In this document: positions 42,427 through 52,110 of the stretch, in pieces
How positions within the stretch are numbered: position 1 is the stretch's first letter
Layout: the number at the start of each line of letters is the position of its first letter
Assembly (NCBI GenBank): GCA_049115935.1
Contig: JAGDZK010000015.1
Span: 27,135 to 91,134, forward strand
Length of the DNA stretch: 64,000 nucleotides
DNA from: Bermanella sp.
GTDB lineage: Bacteria; Pseudomonadota; Gammaproteobacteria; Pseudomonadales; Oceanobacteraceae
Direction: 5' to 3'
The notes under the pieces: generated by a model
Database searches by the model: none
The model's input: only the letters and a program-made list of their open reading frames with translations
Told to the model about the DNA's origin: nothing
Position numbers and translations under genes: made by a program

Positions 42427-42475
42427 AATAACCTCTCATCAAATTCGGATAACTTAACTATTTTTCAAACAGCGC

Positions 42476-43489
42476 TTAACGATTCACGGCTGTTTTATCC
42501 CAACTAAAATATTTTTGTAGCTGCAACATAAACCAATCAAGCAAGAAGCCAATAAAACCAATAGTGAGAACCGCAACCATAATACGACCTAAAGAATTTG
42601 AACTGCCGTTTTGGAACTCATCCCAAACAAATTTACCAAGACCTGGGTTTTGCGCCAGCATTTCAGCGGCAATCAACACCATCCAGCCCACACCCAGCGA
42701 TAAACGCATACCGGTAAAGATCATTGGAATGGCAGATGGCAGTACCACTTTAATAATTTTTGACCACCAGCTTAAGCGCAGTACTTTTGCCACATTAAGT
42801 AGATCAGAGCTAATCGACGAGACACCCACCGCAGTATTAATTAATGTGGGCCACATACAGCACAACATTACCGTAATGGCTGAAGTGACAAATGACTTTT
42901 CAAACATGGGGTCATCACTCACATAAACCGCTGACACCACCATGGTCACAATTGGTAGCCATGCTAATGGCGATACCGGCTTGAATATTTGAATAATTGG
43001 ATTCATTGCATTATTCAAGGTTTGACTTAAGCCGGTTAAAATTCCTAGAGGCACCGCAATGAGCGTTGCTAAAATAAACCCGGTAAACACTGTATATAAA
43101 CTGGTTAAAATCTGCTGTGGGTACGTTGTACGCCCACGATAATCACGCCATTTCACTTTAGCATCGGGATTAGCAGCCAGTTTTTTAGCATTTCGCTTTT
43201 CTTGTCGCTCGTAAAATTTGGCTTCTTTTACAGACTCCGCTTGATACTCTTGCCATAAACCCTTTGCTTGCTCTAACACCTGTGAAGGCCCTGGCACTTG
43301 ACCTAATGACGTCACAACACTTTTAGCTGCGCTATCCCATAAACCTAAAAATAATACAAACGCTAAAATTGGCACACCGATAGAGCGCAGTAATACATTG
43401 ACCTGCTCACGACGATTTTCTCCTTTGATGATTCGAACCCAGGGTGCAAAGATCCTAAAGTCTTCCATTTTCGAAACAACATTCATCAT
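42476..43489 (-). CDS. nrtB: Nitrate ABC transporter permease (NrtB/NasE)
   Basis: PIIQIFKPVSPLAWLP, WPTLINTAVGV, LIAAEML, GLGKFVWDEF. Confidence 0.9.
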   Translation of the reverse strand: MMNVVSKMEDFRIFAPWVRIIKGENRREQVNVLLRSIGVPILAFVLFLGLWDSAAKSVVTSLGQVPGPSQVLEQAKGLWQEYQAESVKEAKFYERQEKRNAKKLAANPDAKVKWRDYRGRTTYPQQILTSLYTVFTGFILATLIAVPLGILTGLSQTLNNAMNPIIQIFKPVSPLAWLPIVTMVVSAVYVSDDPMFEKSFVTSAITVMLCCMWPTLINTAVGVSSISSDLLNVAKVLRLSWWSKIIKVVLPSAIPMIFTGMRLSLGVGWMVLIAAEMLAQNPGLGKFVWDEFQNGSSNSLGRIMVAVLTIGFIGFLLDWFMLQLQKYFSWDKTAVNR

Positions 43490-43509
43490 ATTTTCCCCTT
43501 ACTCAATAA

Positions 43510-43534
43510 TGCGGCTGCGCTGAGCGCAGCCGCT
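43510..43534. other. Intercistronic GC-rich hairpin (possible mRNA stabiliser/attenuator after the substrate-binding gene)
   Basis: GCGGCTGCGC-TGA-GCGCAGCCGC perfect 10-bp stem. Confidence 0.55.
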
Positions 43535-43541
43535 TAATACC

Positions 43542-44918
43542 TTAAACTTTGTCTTTACCTTTTAGACCAATGTTGAATTTCTTAAGGTATTCGTTTGGTT
43601 TTTTACCGTCATACGGTACTTGATCGATGAAGTCTTTTTGTACTGGTTTGAAACCGTCTTCAGTATCAAAGTTAGGGAACTCAGATGCGTTCATTTTACC
43701 TTCTGCAATCAGCTCTTTAGCCGCTTTGGTATAAATGTCTGGACGATATACTTTTTTAGCAATATCCATGTACCAGCTATCAGGCTTGTATTCAGATACT
43801 TGGCCCCAGCGACGCATTTGCGTTAAGTACCAAATGGCATCTGAATAGTAAGGGTAAGTTGCGTTGTGACGGAAGAACACATTGAAATCAGGGATTTCAC
43901 GTTTATCCCCTTTTTCGTATTCAAAGGTGCCTGTCATGGAGTTGGCAATTACATCGTAGTCAGCACCTACGTAATTAGATTGCGATAAAATTTTGACCGC
44001 TTCAGGGCGGTTGCCATTATTTTTATCATCTAACCATTTAGCGGCACGAATCATCGCTTTTACAACTGAGATGTGCGTTTCAGGGTATTTGTCTGCCCAC
44101 GCTTTTGATACACCAAATACTTTTTCTGGATTGTTTTTCCAAATTTCATAATCGGTAATAACCGGTACACCAATGCCTTTAAATACTGCTTGTTGGTTCC
44201 AAGGTTCACCTACGCAGTAACCATCAATCGTGCCTGCTTCCATGGTCGAAGGCATTTGTGGTGGCGGTGTCACTGACAACAAAGCATCCGCTCTAAGCGT
44301 ACCGGTAGTGTCACCTTTTTCAGGAGCGTAAAAACCTGGGCTAATACCACCAGCGGCTAACCAATAACGTAGTTCATAGTTGTGAGTGGATACTGGGAAA
44401 ACCATACCCATTTTAAACGGCTTGCCTTCGTCTTTGTATTTTTCAATAACAGGCTTTAAGTAATCGGCTTTGATTGGATGAACGGGTTTACCACCTTCAT
44501 GGGGAATGTGTTTTTTCATTTCAGCCCATACATTATTTGAAACGGTAATGCCGTTACCATTTAAGTCCATCGAAAAAGCAGTAATGATGTGCGCCTGTGT
44601 ACCAAAACCAATGGTGGCACCTAATGGTTGACCCGCTAGCATGTGTGCACCATCTAGCTCACCTGTGATAACGCGGTCTAACAGTACTTTCCAGTTTGCC
44701 TGTGCTTCTAGTTCAACAAACAATCCTTCATCTTCAAAAAAACCTTTTTCTGCTGCAATGGCCAGTGGCGCCATATCGGTTAATTTAATGAAACCAAATT
44801 TCAATTCTTCTTTTTCAGGATCACCCGCAAAAGCTGACGAACTTAATACGGTGGCTGCAAGCCCTGCTCCTAACGCCACACTTTTTACCGTGCGTTTAAT
44901 TGCTTGGGATAACGTCAT
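43542..44918 (-). CDS. nrtA: CmpA/NrtA-family ABC substrate-binding protein
   Basis: [51 protein letters not shown]. Confidence 0.92.
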   Translation of the reverse strand: MTLSQAIKRTVKSVALGAGLAATVLSSSAFAGDPEKEELKFGFIKLTDMAPLAIAAEKGFFEDEGLFVELEAQANWKVLLDRVITGELDGAHMLAGQPLGATIGFGTQAHIITAFSMDLNGNGITVSNNVWAEMKKHIPHEGGKPVHPIKADYLKPVIEKYKDEGKPFKMGMVFPVSTHNYELRYWLAAGGISPGFYAPEKGDTTGTLRADALLSVTPPPQMPSTMEAGTIDGYCVGEPWNQQAVFKGIGVPVITDYEIWKNNPEKVFGVSKAWADKYPETHISVVKAMIRAAKWLDDKNNGNRPEAVKILSQSNYVGADYDVIANSMTGTFEYEKGDKREIPDFNVFFRHNATYPYYSDAIWYLTQMRRWGQVSEYKPDSWYMDIAKKVYRPDIYTKAAKELIAEGKMNASEFPNFDTEDGFKPVQKDFIDQVPYDGKKPNEYLKKFNIGLKGKDKV

Positions 44919-45016
44919 TGTTTTTTCCTTCTAAGTTTGAGTTTTAAATTTCTTAATTTAGAAAATGAAACGATTCAATTAAAACGGGCCGCGTTTTTTA
45001 ATTTCTAATTTGTTAT

Positions 45017-45033
45017 CTCAAACTTTGTGCCAG
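45017..45033 (-). promoter_or_regulatory. Candidate sigma-54 promoter of nrtABD
   Basis: Minus strand CTGGCAC-AAAGT-TTGAG; perfect -24 box, -12 is TTGA rather than TTGC; GCAC/GTGC half-sites further upstream. Confidence 0.4.
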
Positions 45034-45457
45034 AAATATGACTTGGAAGGATATTGTGGAATTTATTTTTACACTTTCATTTTTTTCATTATTTGAGTGC
45101 ATCAAAATTATATTTTGGCACCAATTAAAATCTTAAGGACTCAGAAGTGAACAGCCCACGCACCAGCATGGACTTTAGGGTAATTATTCTAATGTGTGTT
45201 TTTGCACCAACTTGAATCAAAAATAAATTTAGATCCCTCAAACCATTCCTGACCAACTAGACATATTATTGCTTTTAATCACTTATAATGACCCAGTTCA
45301 GCGCACCGACCCACATCCCATTCGACCAAATAGGTGCATATCAGTGCGAAGTTAGCCGCCATATCAGGGAGTAAACGCCAATGTGTTAGCCAATAGCAGT
45401 ACAAATTCAAAGGGACGTCCTCTATAATTCGGCGCAAATTAATATAGAGAGTCACCC

Positions 45458-46648
45458 ATGAACCCTAACCTTGCCCTACTTCAGCCTTATCCCTTCGAGA
45501 AACTGAATAAGCTTAAAGCGGATGCCAAGGTAACTTGTGACCTACCCCATATTGCCCTTTCAATTGGTGAACCCAAGCATGAAAGCCCTGCCTTCGTGCT
45601 TAAAGCCATGGCTGAGAACCTAGATAAGCTGGCCAATTACCCAAGCACCAAGGGTATTCCAGAGCTTCGACAAGCCATTAGCCAATGGGCTTGTGAGCGC
45701 TTTGCGTTAAATAGCCTAGATAGTGACCATCAAATTCTGCCGGTAAACGGCACTCGTGAAGCGATTTTTGCCTTCACCCAAGCTGTGGTTGAAAGCAATC
45801 CCGATGCACTGGTTGTTAGCCCAAATCCGTTTTACCAAATATATGAAGGGGCTGCGTATTTAGCAGGGGCTAAACCTCACTACTTACCGTGCTTAGAAGA
45901 AAATGGCTTTAATCCTGATTTTGATGCGGTGCCTGAGAATGTGTGGCAAAACGCGCAAATCTTATTCATTTGCAGCCCAGGCAACCCAACCGGTGCTGTG
46001 ATTGGTATGAATCAGCTAAAAAAGCTGATTGCTTTATCAGACAAATACAACTTCATTGTGGCCAGCGACGAATGTTACAGCGAAATTTACATTGATTCAG
46101 TGCAAGCCCCTGTTGGCCTACTACAGGCATGCGCCGAGTTAGGTCGAGATGATTATAAAAACTGTGTGGTATTCCATAGTTTAAGTAAACGCTCAAATTT
46201 ACCGGGACTGCGCAGTGGTTTTATAGCCGGTGATGCCAAGGTGCTTGCACCTTTCTTTCAGTATCGAACTTACCATGGCTGTGCCATGAGCATTCCAAAT
46301 CAGATTGCCAGCATTGCCGCATGGAATAACGAGTCTCATGTTGAAGAAAACCGTCGCTTGTATACTCAAAAGTTTCAAGCGGTTCTCGACATCCTATCCC
46401 CTGTGATGGATGTTAAACAAAGCGATGCTAGTTTTTATCTGTGGGCAAAAACACCCATCAACGAAGAAGAATTCGCACAGCGCTTATTTGCCGAGCAGCA
46501 AGTGACCGTATTACCGGGTAGTTATTTATCTCGCACCATAGATGGCATTAACCCTGGCGCAGGTCGTATTCGTATGGCTTTAGTGGCAGAGGTAGATGAA
46601 TGCATTGAAGCGGCTAAGCGTATTCGTACTCTGATTGAGAGCTTATAA
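45458..46648 (+). CDS. dapC: N-succinyldiaminopimelate transaminase
   Basis: MNPNLALLQPYPFEKL, LSIGEPKH, SDECYSE, SLSKRSNLPGLRSGF; dap synteny. Confidence 0.93.
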   Translation: MNPNLALLQPYPFEKLNKLKADAKVTCDLPHIALSIGEPKHESPAFVLKAMAENLDKLANYPSTKGIPELRQAISQWACERFALNSLDSDHQILPVNGTREAIFAFTQAVVESNPDALVVSPNPFYQIYEGAAYLAGAKPHYLPCLEENGFNPDFDAVPENVWQNAQILFICSPGNPTGAVIGMNQLKKLIALSDKYNFIVASDECYSEIYIDSVQAPVGLLQACAELGRDDYKNCVVFHSLSKRSNLPGLRSGFIAGDAKVLAPFFQYRTYHGCAMSIPNQIASIAAWNNESHVEENRRLYTQKFQAVLDILSPVMDVKQSDASFYLWAKTPINEEEFAQRLFAEQQVTVLPGSYLSRTIDGINPGAGRIRMALVAEVDECIEAAKRIRTLIESL

Positions 46649-46665
46649 GGAAACCTGCCAGCCAT

Positions 46666-46708
46666 AAAAAAGCGGCATCTATTGCATAAATAGATGCCGC
46701 TTTTTTTT
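46666..46708. terminator. Bidirectional terminator
   Basis: AAAAAAGCGGCATCTAT...ATAGATGCCGCTTTTTTTT. Confidence 0.85.
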
Positions 46709-46727
46709 GTGGGCGATCATGTGCACA

Positions 46728-48482
46728 CTATGAATGCATAAACTTGAGTAAAATAGTCTCTAACGCATCAACCTCAACTGGCTTAGCAATAAAATCATTC
46801 ATGCCGGCATCGATACAGGCTTCACGATCTTGTCTAGAAGCATTGGCGGTCACAGCAATAATGTCACCTTTATATCCTAATTGACGAATTTTATGAGTTG
46901 CTTCAACGCCATCCATTCCGGGCATCCTCATATCCATCAAAATAATATCTGTATTCATATTTTCAGAAATAAATGCCACTGCTTCTTCACCACTGCAAAC
47001 ACAAAGGAGCTCATCTGCACCGAAGATCATCAGCATTTCTTCAAGCACCACACAATTCATTGCAATATCATCCACCACTAAAATCGAGCGACCACTTAAT
47101 GACAAGTTACTTGCTTTGTGTGAATCTAAAATATTAGCCGCAGATTTTACCTCTGCTATGCGTTTATGAGGGAGCACCACCGTAAAGCAGCTGCCTTTCT
47201 TTAATTCACTTTCAACCTCAATATCACCGCCCATTAATTTCACCAAGCCCATTGATATTGCAAGCCCCAACCCTGTCCCTTCCATATTGCGCGTTGAGTC
47301 ATTCGTAAATTGTGAAAATTTTGTAAATAGCTTCTCAATATTTTCATTTTCAATACCGATGCCACTATCAGCAATAGAAATCTTAACCCCATCCAACCCA
47401 AACTCATGCACGGTTACACTAATTAAACCTTTATCCGTAAACTTCACAGCATTAGAAAGTAAATTAATCAAAACTTGGGACATTCTATTTTTGTCCGCAT
47501 TAATGATTATGCTCTTTTCTTCTACATTAATTTTTAGGTCTACCCCGTCTTTTAGTTTAGAGGCCATCATTCGACCCAAATCAGCGATCTGACTTGTTAA
47601 ATCGTAAGGTTCTTCTATTAGGGTTAATTCATGCTCTTCAAGCTTACTAAAATCTAAAATGTCATTAATTAGAACCAATAAAATATTACCTGCCAGTTCA
47701 ATATCTTTTACTTTTGGCTGCGCTTTTTCAGGCAATTCTAATCTCGAAAGTAATTGGGCATTACCAATCACGCTATTTAAGGGTGTTCGTAATTCATGAC
47801 TCATGGTGGCTAGAAACATAGACTTACTTAAAGCAGCTGACTCAGCTTCAAGTTTTAGCTGATTAATTTTTTGTATCCTATCCTGTTTTTCATTTATTTC
47901 TTTTTTTAGTGTCTTAAAATGATAGTCCGCTAGGTTTGACATGCCCCGTGTGCAAATGACCACCATAATGGTTGCGCTTAAAAAAAAGACTGGCTGCACA
48001 TACAACCAACTTTCAGATTTAATAATTGGCTCAGGCAACCAACCTTGAAATAACGCAAACATATTAAAACTAAACATTAAAAAAGATAAACAAAAGAATA
48101 TCAGCAGTCTCCAACCTGAAAATAAGAGTGCTATCAATGTAAACGGGACAACCCATAGCACAGTAGCAGGACCAGCAATGGATAAATTATTGAAATCAAC
48201 ATAAAAAACAAGGCAAGTAGAGATGAGCAGTACATAAGTCGAGACCGTGACAATACTTCTTGCATAGCGCATCAACAATGTAACACCAAACAATAACGCA
48301 GCCAGAATCACAGTACCGAGCCTGCGAATGGGTACATCACCTTCAAATGTCGTCAAAGCAATTAAAATTAGCGTGCCTAGTCCGCCCACTGTTGTTGAAT
48401 AAATCCATAACACTTTGGCACGATATGCGTCATCCCCCACAAGAAATCGTGCTGGTAATACTCGAGATAAAAATCGATCCAC
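46728..48482 (-). CDS. Membrane hybrid sensor histidine kinase / response regulator
   Basis: About 6 TM segments, FLATMSHELRTPLN, NLLSNAVKFT, GTGLGL, receiver (VVDD, DMRMP, TANA, KP). Confidence 0.93.
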   Translation of the reverse strand: MDRFLSRVLPARFLVGDDAYRAKVLWIYSTTVGGLGTLILIALTTFEGDVPIRRLGTVILAALLFGVTLLMRYARSIVTVSTYVLLISTCLVFYVDFNNLSIAGPATVLWVVPFTLIALLFSGWRLLIFFCLSFLMFSFNMFALFQGWLPEPIIKSESWLYVQPVFFLSATIMVVICTRGMSNLADYHFKTLKKEINEKQDRIQKINQLKLEAESAALSKSMFLATMSHELRTPLNSVIGNAQLLSRLELPEKAQPKVKDIELAGNILLVLINDILDFSKLEEHELTLIEEPYDLTSQIADLGRMMASKLKDGVDLKINVEEKSIIINADKNRMSQVLINLLSNAVKFTDKGLISVTVHEFGLDGVKISIADSGIGIENENIEKLFTKFSQFTNDSTRNMEGTGLGLAISMGLVKLMGGDIEVESELKKGSCFTVVLPHKRIAEVKSAANILDSHKASNLSLSGRSILVVDDIAMNCVVLEEMLMIFGADELLCVCSGEEAVAFISENMNTDIILMDMRMPGMDGVEATHKIRQLGYKGDIIAVTANASRQDREACIDAGMNDFIAKPVEVDALETILLKFMHS

Positions 48483-48671
48483 GATAGAGCTTGACGCTTG
48501 AATGCTAATTCTCCTCTATATCATATTTTAACCAGCCAGCTATCCATTCAGTCTAGCTGATATTCACTAGGTCGTGACTTAAGCCGTGCGAGAAACCATA
48601 CTCAAGATAGGGCTGAATCTATGGTCTATTTATGCTTTAATGCGGCTTTTTATTTTTCACGTGACCCCAGC

Positions 48672-49019
48672 ATGAAGATTTACGGCATCAAAAACTGTGA
48701 CACCATGAAAAAGGCCTTTAAATGGCTAGACGCTCAAGAAGCGACTTATGAGTTTCATGATTACAAAAAAGCAGGTTTAAGTTCAGAACTAGCAGACACG
48801 TTTTTAGCCAATATCGAGCTAGAACTGCTTATTAATAAACGCGGAACCACATATCGTGCACTTGATGACGCCACCAAAGCAAAAATCAGTGCGCAGGATA
48901 AAGACGCGGCAAAACAGGTCATGCTGGATAACCCATCTATTATTAAACGCCCTGTACTTGAACATAACGGCCAATATTTACTCGGTTTTAAAGCTGAGCA
49001 ATATCAAGAATTTGTATAA
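48672..49019 (+). CDS. yffB: ArsC/Spx family protein (YffB-like)
   Basis: IYGIKNCDTMKKA, INKRGTTYR, IIKRPVL; start ATG 48672. Confidence 0.88.
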   Translation: MKIYGIKNCDTMKKAFKWLDAQEATYEFHDYKKAGLSSELADTFLANIELELLINKRGTTYRALDDATKAKISAQDKDAAKQVMLDNPSIIKRPVLEHNGQYLLGFKAEQYQEFV

Positions 49020-49059
49020 ACTTTAAACAAAAATAGTAACAGACCATAGGAATATTAAA

Positions 49060-50073
49060 ATGGCATTAGCATTTGCATTAGGCGTAGGCACCCAAAACAC
49101 TAAAAATGAATGGTTAGAGGTGTTTTATCAAAAACCCATTTATCAGCCTGAAGCTCAATTAATTGATGCAGCAAAAGCGGCAGGCTACACAGGTGGCAAC
49201 CAAGCCATCGAATTAGACAGCGCTAAATTGGCTACCTTGTCTGAAAGTCTACCGGCTGACCAAGCGTCTTTAGCGAAGACACTAAGCACCAGCAAACGTC
49301 CAACTGTGCTTGTGGTACTGGAATCAGATGAACAAGCCTCTAGCACCCCTGAGGTGTACTTAAAGTTACAACTGATCTCTCATCGTTTAGTTAAGCCACA
49401 TGGTATTAACCTAGCGGGTATCTTTGGCCTACTGCCAAACGTTGCATGGACCAATAAAGGTGCCATTGATCTAGCTGAACTGGCTGACGCACAGCTTGAC
49501 GCCCGTTTAAACGGCGAGCTGCTTGAAGTGATCAGCGTTGATAAGTTTCCTAAGATGACCGACTACGTCGTACCAAGCGGTGTACGTATCGCCGATACCT
49601 CTCGTGTGCGCTTAGGTGCTTACGTCGGTGAAGGTACCACCATCATGCATGAAGGCTTCATTAACTTTAATGCCGGTACTGCGGGCACTTCTATGATTGA
49701 AGGTCGCATCTCTGCGGGTGTATTCGTAGGTGAAGGCTCTGACCTAGGCGGCGGCTGCTCTACAATGGGTACCCTCTCAGGTGGCGGTAACATCATTATT
49801 TCTGTTGGCGAAAACTCACTCATTGGTGCCAATGCGGGTATCGGCATTCCTTTAGGTGATCGCTGTACGGTTGAATCTGGTTTATACATTACAGCCGGCA
49901 CCAAGGTACAAGTATTGGATGACCAAAAACAAGTGGTTGAAGTGGTTAAAGCGCGTGACCTTGCTGGTAAGCCTGACTTGTTGTTCCGTCGTGACTCAAT
50001 TGGTGGTGCGGTTCAGTGTGTGACGAACAAAACCGCAATCGAGTTAAATCACGAACTACACGCCAACAACTAA
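49060..50073 (+). CDS. dapD: Tetrahydrodipicolinate N-succinyltransferase (Pseudomonas-type)
   Basis: VDKFPKMTDYVVP, VRLGAY, EGRISAGV, TMGTLSGGG. Confidence 0.96.
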   Translation: MALAFALGVGTQNTKNEWLEVFYQKPIYQPEAQLIDAAKAAGYTGGNQAIELDSAKLATLSESLPADQASLAKTLSTSKRPTVLVVLESDEQASSTPEVYLKLQLISHRLVKPHGINLAGIFGLLPNVAWTNKGAIDLAELADAQLDARLNGELLEVISVDKFPKMTDYVVPSGVRIADTSRVRLGAYVGEGTTIMHEGFINFNAGTAGTSMIEGRISAGVFVGEGSDLGGGCSTMGTLSGGGNIIISVGENSLIGANAGIGIPLGDRCTVESGLYITAGTKVQVLDDQKQVVEVVKARDLAGKPDLLFRRDSIGGAVQCVTNKTAIELNHELHANN

Positions 50074-50100
50074 TTTAAACAATTAAGGCGTATTTCCAAG

Positions 50101-50129
50101 AAGGTCATGAGTCACTCATGGCCTTTTTT
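50101..50129 (+). terminator. Intrinsic terminator of dapD
   Basis: AAGGTCATGAG-TCA-CTCATGGCCTTTTTT. Confidence 0.8.
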
Positions 50130-50466
50130 GTTTTATTCACAATAAATCCCCTTATAACGTGTGTAATTAGGACATATGCGCCAATCATTCAAAGAAAATC
50201 TAAAAATTCTAACTAGTTAAAAACCTATACCAAAAAGTTTTTAAAAACACCGTTGTGAACCAATTCGCACTTTAATTGCGCCAAATTGTTCAAGTAACAA
50301 ACCACCATAAAAACTCCCATGCACTAAAACACGCCAAAAAGTCGAGTGTTTTATCGGTTTTTGCCACCTGCATCCTCCTCCAAAAAAGCCACGATCTTCC
50401 TAATTTCATGCCCTAGGATTAAAATTAGAAAACGCTAATTATTCTAACAATAAAGGATTCAAACCG

Positions 50467-52110
50467 ATGGAACAGGACATTCTAGATAAACCATTCCTTC
50501 CCTTAGATCGCCTTCGAATCCTTAAATATTTCAGCGTTTACAGTGCCGTTATTACGGGCGTTTTGATGGGGTTATTCTTTTCAGACATCGACTTAGATTT
50601 TTTAGGTGTGCTGAACCCTAAACTATACCCGATGGTATTATCATTCCATGCTGTTATGACCATCGTGTTTATGGTGCTTGCCTTTAGTGTGGGTCAGGCT
50701 CATTACGACCACTTAATTGCTTTCTTTTTAATAGATATCACTTTGGTGGCCGGTTTAATTTATTCAAGCGGATCTGGCACAACCCTTAGTTATTTAATGA
50801 TCATTAATATTGCCGTAGGCAATGCATTGGTAAGTGGGGAAAAGGGCTTTTTATTAAGTGCTTGGGCGACTATCTGTTTAGGTTTTATCGAGTATCAATT
50901 CCAGCAAGCAGGCCACGATTACAACTATTTAAATGCTGGCACCCTTGGCTTTATCTTTTTTATAAGTGCTTTAATCATTCAAGCATTAGTCAAACGTTTA
51001 CACTTATCAGTCGATATTAATCGTGTTCAAGCAGATAGTTTGTTAAGTATGGAGCAACTCACTAAGCTGGTATTAAAGCGATTAGATACGGGCGTGGTGG
51101 TCATTGATGATCACAATAATATTATCTTTCAAAATACGGCAGCTCAGCGATTATTAGGGTACCCAGGCCCCATTCGTGCCCTGCCGGATAAACTTCAAGC
51201 CAGTTTAAATGAGTATTTAAAATTTCCTAAATACAAACCAAGCACCTTTAAAGCGGGCCCCACAACGGCCAAGGTTCAGCCCATGTTTGCACCATTAATG
51301 CCGGGCACGGATCGAGGCACCGTTATTTTTATCGAGGATACAAATGTAGTTTATCAGCAAGCCCAACGTTTGAAGCAAGTATCACTTGGCAAACTAGCTG
51401 CGGGGATTGTGCGAGAAATTAAAGAGCCAATGAATAGTATTTACCTAATCGCTAAAGATACCGCTAAAAGTTTAGTGGCCTCAGGAGACCAAGATCGCCA
51501 CGTTAAAATTAAAGAGCATTCAAAACATATTGAACGCATTATTAATAACGTTCAAAACCTAAGTAATAGTAAAGCCACCGAATATCAAAAAGTCAGTTTA
51601 GGCAATTGGATTGTGGCTACCATGCGCAAACTAGAACACACCACTTTAAAAAATGTGCAAATCCAATTGAAAGTAAGCCGTACTGCATCCAACATTTATG
51701 TGGACCCATCTCAAATAGAGCAAGCCCTTACTAATCTACTCGAAAATGCTGCATATTTTTCAAAACAAAAAAGCCCAGATTTTGCCCGCGTCACAATCTT
51801 AGTTGGCCACAACAAGGTAAGCAAACAAGCCATTATTGAAATTCAAGATAATGGCTATGGTGTGGCTTTAGATGATCTAGATCATATCTTTGAGCCGTTT
51901 TATACATCAGAATCAAGCAAGTCAGGTTTAGGCTTATACCTAGCCAAACAATTTTGTGAAATGAATATGGCCCGATTAGATTATGTTGCAGCACAGCAAG
52001 GCGCACGCTTTAGAATTACCTTTGCTACAGCCGAGCAAGTGCAGCGTCAGCTTGAAAAGCGTAATGACTTTTCAATTCGCGATAAAACAAAACTCGCAAC
52101 TGCCGTATAA
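50467..52110 (+). CDS. PilS-like membrane sensor kinase lacking the H-box His
   Basis: 6-TM PilS-type N-terminus (FFLIDITLVAGLIYSSG), PAS (LDTGVVVID), H-box GIVREIKEP, HATPase intact. Confidence 0.82.
   Translation: MEQDILDKPFLPLDRLRILKYFSVYSAVITGVLMGLFFSDIDLDFLGVLNPKLYPMVLSFHAVMTIVFMVLAFSVGQAHYDHLIAFFLIDITLVAGLIYSSGSGTTLSYLMIINIAVGNALVSGEKGFLLSAWATICLGFIEYQFQQAGHDYNYLNAGTLGFIFFISALIIQALVKRLHLSVDINRVQADSLLSMEQLTKLVLKRLDTGVVVIDDHNNIIFQNTAAQRLLGYPGPIRALPDKLQASLNEYLKFPKYKPSTFKAGPTTAKVQPMFAPLMPGTDRGTVIFIEDTNVVYQQAQRLKQVSLGKLAAGIVREIKEPMNSIYLIAKDTAKSLVASGDQDRHVKIKEHSKHIERIINNVQNLSNSKATEYQKVSLGNWIVATMRKLEHTTLKNVQIQLKVSRTASNIYVDPSQIEQALTNLLENAAYFSKQKSPDFARVTILVGHNKVSKQAIIEIQDNGYGVALDDLDHIFEPFYTSESSKSGLGLYLAKQFCEMNMARLDYVAAQQGARFRITFATAEQVQRQLEKRNDFSIRDKTKLATAV

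Noticed and set aside
44981-44997. Hairpin in the nrtA leader as an ANTAR (NasR/NasT) antitermination motif
   Set aside because: There is only one weak A/T-rich stem; the tandem GxxG-loop hairpins and a downstream terminator are not evident.
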